A DNA stretch of 64,000 nt, taken from assembly GCA_038831135.1 (NCBI GenBank), contig JAWBKW010000005.1, positions 6,795 to 70,794 of the forward strand. The letters run 5' to 3'. The translations under genes were made by a program, and so were the position numbers. This stretch comes from Sulfolobales archaeon (GTDB lineage: Archaea; Thermoproteota; Thermoprotei_A; Sulfolobales; NBVN01). A model generated the notes under the pieces. It did no database searches and was not told the DNA's origin. It saw only the letters and a program-made list of their open reading frames with translations. Shown here piece by piece: positions 27,967 through 35,776 of the stretch (its first letter is position 1; the number at the start of each line of letters is the position of its first letter).

Positions 27967-27980
27967 TTCGGCTAAAGGAT
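27967..27980 (-). other. tRNA-Trp intron 1 (14 nt, position 30/31)
   Basis: Intron ATCCTTTAGCCGAA. Bulge-helix-bulge: central 4-bp helix CGGC/GCCG, 3-nt bulges GGA and AAG, outer helix GAG/CTC. Confidence 0.7.
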
Positions 27981-28084
27981 CCGCCGCTCTGCCTGGCTGA
28001 GCTACGGGCCCACCACAGCTCATCACGCAAATATTTAGTTTAGAGCTTATATATGTTTAATATTATTTGGTATTAGGGTACTGC

Positions 28085-28231
28085 TTGACCGAATATAAGT
28101 TGAAGTGTGAAGAGTGTGGGACTTTATGGGAGCTCAGAGTCAGTTATAGCCTTAACGAATTCCAAAAACTATACCATTACTGTAAGACATGTAGAAAGAA
28201 TACCTTCCACACCATATTAAAGGATATGTAA
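28085..28231 (+). CDS. small zinc-ribbon protein (48 aa), unannotated in the ORF track
   Basis: TTG start. Translation (M)TEYKLKCEECGTLWELRVSYSLNEFQKLYHYCKTCRKNTFHTILKDM has two CxxC pairs. TATA-like TATATATG lies about 30 nt upstream. Below the track length cut-off. Confidence 0.4.
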   Translation: MTEYKLKCEECGTLWELRVSYSLNEFQKLYHYCKTCRKNTFHTILKDM

Positions 28232-28315
28232 TCCCTCCAGAGAAGTTATAAGGTCGCTACAGACTTATCCACAATTGACATTAAGGTTATATTTCTTGAC
28301 TCTTAAGTTAGTTAG

Positions 28316-28364
28316 GTGATGAAATCTATCATTAATGATAGATGATTATATGAACCTCCGCTGA
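28316..28364 (+). ncRNA. C/D box sRNA candidate
   Basis: Box C GTGATGA (28316..28322), 12-nt guide AATCTATCATTA, D' ATGA (28335..28338), loop TAG, C' ATGATTA (28342..28348), 12-nt guide TATGAACCTCCG, D CTGA (28361..28364). TATA-like TTATATTT lies about 26 nt upstream. Confidence 0.65.
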
Positions 28365-28392
28365 ATACCTTCCTAGCTTTAACAACCTTAAG

Positions 28393-30246
28393 TTATTGCT
28401 GTAGTTCCTTTAAATAATGAAGTGCAGGTCTCATAGTCAGATACGGAGGGAGTGTTAGATCTACCCTAGGATAACCTTCTAAGTCCTTATTCACTGACTC
28501 TAATAACTCGTTGAGCGTCATAACTTTCTGCATGTTGGAAATCCTCAATCTAACATTCAAAGTTTTGGTCTTGAATTCCCTCTCACCTATGACAACCACA
28601 TACGGTATCCATTCAATCCCTGCTTCCCTAATCTTCTTAGCGAGTGTTAGGTCTCTATCATCTATATCTGCCCTTACACCATTACTTAATAAAGTATCCA
28701 ATACTTCCTTAGCGAAGCCTAGACAATCATTCGATATGGGTACTATACGTACTTGAATAGGTGCAAGCCAGACAGGTAGGTTAGGGGTCTTACCGCTGGC
28801 TTCGTCCTGAACAGCTTTATCTAGAACAGCATAAATATACCTCTCAATAGACCCTATTATGGCAGTATGTATTATTACTGGATATCTTTCAACGCCTGAC
28901 TCATCAACGTATCTAATGTTAAACCTTGCAGAGTTCCCCACATCGATCTGGAAAGTCGCTACCTCTCTAGGTCTTCTAAGTTCATCAATAACGTTGTACT
29001 CAATGTTAATGACCCAGTAATATATACCTGACGGGTAAAGAGTTATTAAAGCCGGTCTACCCATCCTCCTAATAAGCTCTATCACGTACTCTTTATTGCT
29101 TTCGAAGAAGTCCTCAGTAACGTTATATATGGCTACGTATTCCCTACCCAACTTCCTTATCTCATCTAATATCTTATCCTGAACTTTAAACGAGAACTTC
29201 TTACCTTCATCTAAGTCCTTCAGAAGTATGTGCAGGTCAGGCATGTAGAACTTTCTTAACCTAAAACACAGGACTAACTCACCTTTCTGTTCAAACCTGT
29301 AACTATCAGCAACCTCAAAAACGCCTAGAGGTAATTCCCTATAACTAATTACCCAATCCTTAATCATTGCGAATTGTTGATGGCATGCGGCATACCTCAT
29401 TACGAGTTTACTGCCCTCAGACTCAACTTCGTATAACCTATCACCGAAAAGGTCAGCATGTTCCTTAATGGGCCTATACTTAAGATTAAACATATTAGTA
29501 CCCATAACCCTAACTACTGGTATGCCTAAGGACTTGGCAACCCTCCAAGAGTACTCCTTAACAGCTTCGATCATTGCAGTGGCATGTGGCTCATACCTCA
29601 TATGACCACTATCGGACATCGGCTCCCACTCAAAGCCAAACTTCCTACAGACCTCAAAGAGTCTTGACTTCCCCCCAGGTAATTCTTTCTTAAAGACTTC
29701 CTTCTCGACAAGTATTTTAAGGTCTTCTTCGCCAGGCTTAAAGACGTATTCCTCAGGGCTGTAGATATTGCCTTCAGGCGTTATTATTAAGTACTTTCTA
29801 GTGGTAATTAATTGCTTAGTAACTTCCTCACCTCTATACTCCCTAGAGAGTTCAGAGAGTGGATGCCCGTAGCACTTTACCTCGAATGCTTTATACCAAC
29901 CGAATGGGGTTCTATAAACCTTAACGTTTTGATCTACGAATGCCTTCTCTAAATGATCTAACACTTTAATCGCCTCTTCAGGGCCCGCTAGTTTCGATGA
30001 CAGATGCGCATACGGATATAAAACTATCGCTGAAGCTCTAACCTTAGAGTATATACTCATTAAGTCCTCAACAACCTTAACTACTAAGTTATTTACTGCT
30101 TTTCCATCACCGTCTTCAACAGTTGTGAAAACTACGAGTGCATTACTGAATTCCCCACCGGGGGTGGGGGCAGGTTCAGCACCTTCTATAGCTTTCTCTC
30201 TAACCTCATACTTAAAATACTCCGCATGAATTATGAGTACGCGCAA
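28393..30246 (-). CDS. thrS: threonyl-tRNA synthetase (full length, with archaeal-type N-terminal editing domain)
   Basis: 617 aa. The N-terminus MRVLIIHAEYFKYEV... is typical of the archaeal ThrRS editing domain. A class II catalytic core and anticodon-binding domain follow. Confidence 0.92.
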   Translation of the reverse strand: MRVLIIHAEYFKYEVREKAIEGAEPAPTPGGEFSNALVVFTTVEDGDGKAVNNLVVKVVEDLMSIYSKVRASAIVLYPYAHLSSKLAGPEEAIKVLDHLEKAFVDQNVKVYRTPFGWYKAFEVKCYGHPLSELSREYRGEEVTKQLITTRKYLIITPEGNIYSPEEYVFKPGEEDLKILVEKEVFKKELPGGKSRLFEVCRKFGFEWEPMSDSGHMRYEPHATAMIEAVKEYSWRVAKSLGIPVVRVMGTNMFNLKYRPIKEHADLFGDRLYEVESEGSKLVMRYAACHQQFAMIKDWVISYRELPLGVFEVADSYRFEQKGELVLCFRLRKFYMPDLHILLKDLDEGKKFSFKVQDKILDEIRKLGREYVAIYNVTEDFFESNKEYVIELIRRMGRPALITLYPSGIYYWVINIEYNVIDELRRPREVATFQIDVGNSARFNIRYVDESGVERYPVIIHTAIIGSIERYIYAVLDKAVQDEASGKTPNLPVWLAPIQVRIVPISNDCLGFAKEVLDTLLSNGVRADIDDRDLTLAKKIREAGIEWIPYVVVIGEREFKTKTLNVRLRISNMQKVMTLNELLESVNKDLEGYPRVDLTLPPYLTMRPALHYLKELQQ

Positions 30247-30373
30247 CTCTCCCCACTCATATTTGGAATTAATGTTGGAGGTTAATAAATTGAGGTCTAA
30301 AGTAGATTAAACCCGATGTAATCCTTTAAAATGGAGATATAGAGTATTACTCTAGAGACTTAGCTGGTGTTTA

Positions 30374-31372
30374 TTGATGCCTGAGATATCCATTAATGAG
30401 AGGGGTGCCGTCATAATCGATAGAACATTAACTATTGACGGCCATGATAACAGCCCATTAAGGATTGTAACACATATACACTCCGATCATGTAAGAGATT
30501 TAAGTAAGAGTCTCAGCCAGTGTAAGAGCGTGGTTGCAACTCCCCTAACCTTAGATTGGTTAATCGAATTAGGACATAAAATAAGTAAGAGTAATTGTCT
30601 TAGACTTGATTACGGCTCTAAAATAAGAGTTAATGGTTTGGAGGTCATGTTTGAGAAAGCCTACCACATACCAGGAACTTCTCAAGTAGTAATTACTGAT
30701 GAAGATGGGGTGAAGACCGTTTATACCAGCGACTTTAAAAAGCCTGGGAGGGAGACTCCAATAATAGACTCTGACATCTTAATCACGGATGCGGTATACG
30801 GCAATCCATCGTATGTCAGGGATTTCGACGATTATATAGAGTATATACTTGCGGATCTAGTTAGACAACTACTTAGTAAAGGTCCTGTAATCATTCAAGG
30901 CTATCATGGGAAGCTCCAGGAAGTAATGCAGTTACTTAGGGCTAATGGTGTAGAAGCCCCGTATATACTGACACCTAAGGTCTACAGACTAACTAGGGTT
31001 GCTGAGAGACATGGTTTAGTAGTAAGTAATTACCTCTCAATAGATTCGAGTGAGGGATTAGAGGTGATGAAGAGTAAGTGGTTCTTAATTATGGATCACG
31101 TCAACTCTAGATACGTCACCAACTTAAAAGACCTTAAAGCATCTAGGGTAGTTTTAAGTGGTTGGGAATTCAAGAAACCATATAGATACTTAGGATATGG
31201 TAAGTGGTTAGTAGCCTTCAGCGATCATGCAGATTTCAACGGCTTAATTAACTACGTAATTAACTCTAATCCTAAGACAGTAGTCGTAAACTCTGTAAGG
31301 AGTTCATATGCGGAGTTATTTGCTAATGAGGTAAGGAAGTTAACTAATAAGGAATGCATTATTATGCCGTAG
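30374..31372 (+). CDS. metallo-beta-lactamase fold, beta-CASP-like nuclease
   Basis: 332 aa. HxHxDH motif THIHSDH and C-terminal SDHADFNGL, resembling beta-CASP motifs. Upstream of radA. Confidence 0.65.
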   Translation: MMPEISINERGAVIIDRTLTIDGHDNSPLRIVTHIHSDHVRDLSKSLSQCKSVVATPLTLDWLIELGHKISKSNCLRLDYGSKIRVNGLEVMFEKAYHIPGTSQVVITDEDGVKTVYTSDFKKPGRETPIIDSDILITDAVYGNPSYVRDFDDYIEYILADLVRQLLSKGPVIIQGYHGKLQEVMQLLRANGVEAPYILTPKVYRLTRVAERHGLVVSNYLSIDSSEGLEVMKSKWFLIMDHVNSRYVTNLKDLKASRVVLSGWEFKKPYRYLGYGKWLVAFSDHADFNGLINYVINSNPKTVVVNSVRSSYAELFANEVRKLTNKECIIMP

Positions 31373-31452
31373 CCTAGTAATCAATACTTCAATAACACAG
31401 TAAGTTTAATAGTTTCATTTTAAGAACTTTATATTAGGTTGGAAGTGGGATA

Positions 31453-32970
31453 TTGAGTGATGTTAAGATTAAGAAACTTGAAGATCTAAATATTAGTTCA
31501 GCCATCATTGGTAAGTTAAGAGAAGCAGGCTATAAGACTTTAGAGGCATTAGCGGCGGCTAATATCAACGAGTTAGCGACAGTTGTTGGTATACCATTAC
31601 CTACCGCGCAGAGAATAGTTAATCAAGCGCGAGAAGCATTAGGTCTAAGATTTAAGACTGCTTTAGAAGTTAAGAAAGAAAGACTCGGTATTAAGAAAAT
31701 CACCACAGGTTCTAAGAATTTAGATAGCTTATTAGGTGGCGGAGTTGAGATAAAAACAATAACTGAGTTATTTGGTGAATACGGTACGGGTAAATGCTTC
31801 ACAAGAGATACTGAGGTAATGTATTATGACGGTGATGAAGTCCGCGTCGATACCATTGAGAAGATGTATAATAGGTTTGGAAGTACCTTTAAAGAGGAGT
31901 CTTACGATGAGGGCTCCCTAATACGTATTAAGGACTTATATGTGCCGACAGTACTTGATGGACATGTCGTAGCTGTAAGGTCCACCGGCATTTATAAGGA
32001 GAGAGTTAAGAGGGTCTTAGAGATAGAACTAAGTAATGGGACGACACTAAAAGTCACACCTAATCATCCAGTACTAACTGTAGTTGATAGCGGATTGAAA
32101 TGGAGTGCCGCAAAGAGTTTAAGGCCTAGTATTAAAGTAGCTAGTATTAAAGAACCCTTGAAATTAAAGCCTTTGCATGATTTGAGAATCCTAACAAAGC
32201 ACGGGGAAGCCGGTTTAAAGGATATAACATTACTTAATGGTCTATCCTCAGAAACTATCAAGGAAGTAAGGATTGAAGAATATAATGATTACGTATACGA
32301 CTTAGTAGTCCCGAAGATACATTACTTCATAGCCCCTAATGGGTTAATACTTCACAACACGCAGCTATGCCATCAACTCTCAGTTAATGTTCAATTACCT
32401 GTAGAAAGAGGAGGTCTCGCAGGTAAGGCGATGTACATAGATAGTGAAGGTACCTTCAGGTGGGAACGTGTTGAAGCCATGGCTAGAGGATTAGGTCTTA
32501 ACCCTGATGAAGCCATGGAGAATATAATATATATAAGAGCTGTCAACAGCGACCATCAAATCGCGATAGTTGATGAAATCATGGAGTTAATACCTAAGGA
32601 AAATATTAAATTACTTGTAATTGACTCAGTTACAGGTCACTTCAGGGCTGAATATCCAGGGCGTGAGAATTTAGCTCTCAGACAACAGAAACTTAATAGA
32701 CACCTACATCAACTCAATAGAATCGCAGATATGTATGATATCGCTGTCGTAGTAACTAATCAAGTAATGGCTAGACCTGATGTCTTTTACGGCGACCCCA
32801 CGCAGGCAGTTGGGGGACACATACTAGCTCATGCGCCTGGAGTTAGAGTTCAACTAAGACGTAGTAGAGGAAATAGGAGGATTGCTAGGGTAGTAGACGC
32901 ACCTCATTTACCAGAAGGTGAGGCGGTCTTCGCAATCACTGAAGTAGGAATTAAGGATGTTGAGGAATGA
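31453..32970 (+). CDS. radA: DNA repair and recombination protein RadA, interrupted by a mini-intein in the Walker A motif
   Basis: 505 aa from TTG. N-terminal HhH region. Extein junction GEYGTGK|...|TQLCHQL. Walker B LLVIDSV. C-terminal RadA core ([14 protein letters not shown]). Confidence 0.92.
   Translation: MSDVKIKKLEDLNISSAIIGKLREAGYKTLEALAAANINELATVVGIPLPTAQRIVNQAREALGLRFKTALEVKKERLGIKKITTGSKNLDSLLGGGVEIKTITELFGEYGTGKCFTRDTEVMYYDGDEVRVDTIEKMYNRFGSTFKEESYDEGSLIRIKDLYVPTVLDGHVVAVRSTGIYKERVKRVLEIELSNGTTLKVTPNHPVLTVVDSGLKWSAAKSLRPSIKVASIKEPLKLKPLHDLRILTKHGEAGLKDITLLNGLSSETIKEVRIEEYNDYVYDLVVPKIHYFIAPNGLILHNTQLCHQLSVNVQLPVERGGLAGKAMYIDSEGTFRWERVEAMARGLGLNPDEAMENIIYIRAVNSDHQIAIVDEIMELIPKENIKLLVIDSVTGHFRAEYPGRENLALRQQKLNRHLHQLNRIADMYDIAVVVTNQVMARPDVFYGDPTQAVGGHILAHAPGVRVQLRRSRGNRRIARVVDAPHLPEGEAVFAITEVGIKDVEE
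31795..32358 (+). mobile_element. RadA mini-intein (188 aa, no homing endonuclease domain evident)
   Basis: Begins with Cys ([11 protein letters not shown], block A), has TPNHPVL (block B, TxxH), and ends [22 protein letters not shown] followed by Thr (+1). Excision restores GEYGTGKTQLCHQL. Confidence 0.9.
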
Positions 32971-33728
32971 GTTTAAGCTTAGAGATAAACCATGACATAA
33001 TACCTATATCGATTACGTTAATCACCTTAATTATCGCTACTTTCTATGACTTAAAGACTAGGGAAATTAGGGAGATTATATGGGTTCCTGCATTAGTATT
33101 TTCTGCGGTATTTACGTACCTAATTATAAGACCTAGTATTTTAGTGTTTATCTTCTCAGTAATACCGGCAATATTGCTACTGATCCTCGCAGTGGTAGGT
33201 CTTATAGGTGGGGCTGACTTCCTAGCAATACTCCTCATAGGTATATCAACACCGATCTTGAATGTACTACCTATATCGCTACTTACGTTGTTTTACTCTG
33301 CGTTAATACCATCAGCTCTAATTATGTATAACCTCCTGGTAAACACTACGGTATATATTGATGAGTATAAGAAATTAAGATGTGTTGGTGCGTCTAAGTG
33401 GTTATTACTCTTCTTAGGAAAGCCTATGAAGGTTAAGGTCTTCACAAAGAGTAAATTCATGTACCCACTCACAGTATTTAGATGTAACCCAAATAAATGC
33501 GATGTTGTGTGTAGGTCATCTTTCGATATAGACGAAGACTTTAAGAACCATATAAATACCATAAGTAATTACTTAAGTAACGGATGTATAAAGGAGGATG
33601 ACTATATTTGGGTGACACCTGCTTTACCCCACATACTTTTCATAACCATCGGTTATCTACTAGCTTTAATTACCCCTGCAGAGCTTATTTATGACGTATT
33701 CAACTTAGTTTTTGGTGTTGTTAGGTGA
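32967..33728 (+). CDS. pibD: A24-family prepilin/preflagellin peptidase (PibD/FlaK-like)
   Basis: 253 aa, polytopic. Catalytic Asp contexts [11 protein letters not shown] and [13 protein letters not shown] overlap with the radA stop. Confidence 0.8.
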   Translation: MSLSLEINHDIIPISITLITLIIATFYDLKTREIREIIWVPALVFSAVFTYLIIRPSILVFIFSVIPAILLLILAVVGLIGGADFLAILLIGISTPILNVLPISLLTLFYSALIPSALIMYNLLVNTTVYIDEYKKLRCVGASKWLLLFLGKPMKVKVFTKSKFMYPLTVFRCNPNKCDVVCRSSFDIDEDFKNHINTISNYLSNGCIKEDDYIWVTPALPHILFITIGYLLALITPAELIYDVFNLVFGVVR

Positions 33729-33746
33729 TGCGCTACGGGTTATAGA

Positions 33747-34226
33747 GTGTTGTGGGCTCCTTGGCGTATGAAGTACATAACTAAGCAACAGGATAGGACA
33801 TGCATATTCTGTGATGCAAGAGGTAAATCAGATGAGGAGTCCTACGTAATCTTCAGAGGCTCTAACGCGTTCATCATGTTAAATATATTTCCTTACAATA
33901 CAGCGCATGTAATGGTGGCACCTTATAGGCATGTTAATAGTTTTGAATTACTAAGTGATGAGGAACTCTTGGATTTAATGAGACTTATTAAGTTATCGAT
34001 TAAGGCTATCGAGCTCGAATACAGGCCCCAAGGCTTCAATATAGGGGCTAACTTAGGTCATGTAGCTGGTGCTGGGGTTGAAGGCCACTTACACCTTCAT
34101 ATAGTTCCTCGGTGGTTAGGTGATACTAACTTCATGCCCTTAATTGCTAACGTTAAGGTAATCCCTGAAGATATCAAAGAAACGTACTCGAGACTGAAAA
34201 AAGCGATTAGCGAATCAATCAAGTAA
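33747..34226 (+). CDS. HIT family hydrolase
   Basis: 159 aa with histidine triad GHLHLHIVPR. Confidence 0.88.
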   Translation: MLWAPWRMKYITKQQDRTCIFCDARGKSDEESYVIFRGSNAFIMLNIFPYNTAHVMVAPYRHVNSFELLSDEELLDLMRLIKLSIKAIELEYRPQGFNIGANLGHVAGAGVEGHLHLHIVPRWLGDTNFMPLIANVKVIPEDIKETYSRLKKAISESIK

Positions 34227-34239
34227 TTTAAAATCTGCG

Positions 34240-35697
34240 TTACTTCTTAAGGAATCCGGCGTACCTAGCCCACTGATATAAGGCTCCTAGAACCTTTACA
34301 GCTCTTTCAGGTTGGCAGAAGAACGTAGGTACCTGCGCATGAGTCTCTATATAATCTACTGCCTGCAGAGTCTCAGGTATATCACCACTCATAGATACTA
34401 CTACAGGTTTATCCATGCCATTAGCCCTAGCCTCATTAACACCCTCAACTACTGATTTAGCGAATTCCATAGGAGGTGTTATAACTGTATGCCAATGTCC
34501 TATAATTATGGCGTCAGTCTTTGGATGCATTAAGGCTAACTTAATACCCTTCTGAACCATATCAGGTGTGCATGATCCGGTGATATCCATTGGGTTACCG
34601 AAAGAGCCGAATGGAGGTACAAATTTCTTGAACTCATCTACTAGGTCTTGAGGTGCGTCCATGAGATACAGGTTGTTATCTGCTGCAGCATCACATAGTA
34701 ACACACCTAAACCGCCAGCCATAGTGATTATGAATACGTTCTCACCTTTAGGTGGTGGAAGCATTGCTAACGACCTACCAATATCGAATAACTCGTCTAA
34801 CGCGTATACCCTAATAACGCCTGCCTTCTTAAATGCTGCATTAATAACTTCATCAGATGCTGTTAGAGCTGCGGTATGGGACTTCGCTGCCTTCTCACCG
34901 TATCCGGTTCTACCAGCCTTCAATATGACTATGGGTTTCTTCTTAGAGACTATCTTAGCAGTCTCTATAAACTTCTTACCATCCTTTATTGACTCCATAT
35001 GTAATGAGATCGCTTTAGTATTCTCATCTGCGTAGAAGTACCAGAGCAGGTCTGCATGATCTATATCTGACATGTTCCCTAGACCAACGTTTATAGAGAT
35101 ACCTATCTTCTTCCACCTAGCGTAACCGAAAGCAGCCATACCAACTCCGCCGCTTTGCGCGACAGCAGCTAAACCACCCTTATGCTCGTATGGTATAGTA
35201 AATGATAAACTTAAGTTATACCATGGGCTGTAGATACCGTAGGTATTTGGTCCGATAATCCTGACTCCGTACTGTCTAGCCGTACTAACTAACTTCTCCT
35301 GTAACTCAGGGTTACCCGTTTCAGCAAAACCTGACGAAACAACGACAGCCACTGGAACTTTCTTCTCAGCTAGGGGTGGAATAGCGTCAGGAACCATCGC
35401 AGCAGGGATAGATATTAAAGCAGCATCTACCTCCGGATCAGGAACCATCCTAATATCCGGGTAACACTTAAGCCCTAATATCTCAGTAGCCCTAGGATTT
35501 ATCGGGTAAATCTTACCTTTATACCCACCATCCAACAAATTCTTAATTACGGCATAGCCGACCCTACCTGGCTCCCTCGAAGCACCAATAACTGCAACGT
35601 TCCTAGGTCTGAAGAATCTCATAAATCTGTTTATTAGGTCTTTCCCATATTCTGGAATGCCCTCTATACTATACGAACTCATAATCCACACCAACAT
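34240..35697 (-). CDS. acyl-CoA synthetase (ADP-forming) alpha-type subunit / CoA-binding protein
   Basis: 485 aa. N-terminal CoA-binding Rossmann motif VAVIGASREPGRVG and a succinyl-CoA-ligase-like flavodoxin domain. Confidence 0.8.
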   Translation of the reverse strand: MLVWIMSSYSIEGIPEYGKDLINRFMRFFRPRNVAVIGASREPGRVGYAVIKNLLDGGYKGKIYPINPRATEILGLKCYPDIRMVPDPEVDAALISIPAAMVPDAIPPLAEKKVPVAVVVSSGFAETGNPELQEKLVSTARQYGVRIIGPNTYGIYSPWYNLSLSFTIPYEHKGGLAAVAQSGGVGMAAFGYARWKKIGISINVGLGNMSDIDHADLLWYFYADENTKAISLHMESIKDGKKFIETAKIVSKKKPIVILKAGRTGYGEKAAKSHTAALTASDEVINAAFKKAGVIRVYALDELFDIGRSLAMLPPPKGENVFIITMAGGLGVLLCDAAADNNLYLMDAPQDLVDEFKKFVPPFGSFGNPMDITGSCTPDMVQKGIKLALMHPKTDAIIIGHWHTVITPPMEFAKSVVEGVNEARANGMDKPVVVSMSGDIPETLQAVDYIETHAQVPTFFCQPERAVKVLGALYQWARYAGFLKK

Positions 35698-35776
35698 AAA
35701 TTTAAAGGAAGTCTATTTAAACATTTATGTTAATGAAATTCTAAGATTTTTAAGCGCATAGAGTTATTTCGTATCG

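Larger units (their letters stand above)
27867..28011 (-). tRNA. tRNA-Trp(CCA) with two introns and encoded CCA end
   Basis: Acceptor GGGCCCG/CGGGCCC, D arm GCTC-AGCCAGGCA-GAGC, T arm GGGGG-TTCAAAT-CCCCC, variable AGGTC. After removing 27967..27980 and 27906..27959 the anticodon arm is GCGGG-CTCCAGA-CCCGT. Discriminator A is followed by CCA. Confidence 0.8.

Noticed and set aside
28020-28026. GTGATGA (box C-like, minus strand) in the 5' leader of tRNA-Trp
   Set aside because: No D' or D box at appropriate spacing, so it is probably chance.
27767-28030. 87-aa minus-strand ORF in the track
   Set aside because: It is fully explained by a C/D box sRNA candidate and the tRNA-Trp gene. Its Arg/Ser/Gly-rich translation simply reads through GC-rich tRNA stems.
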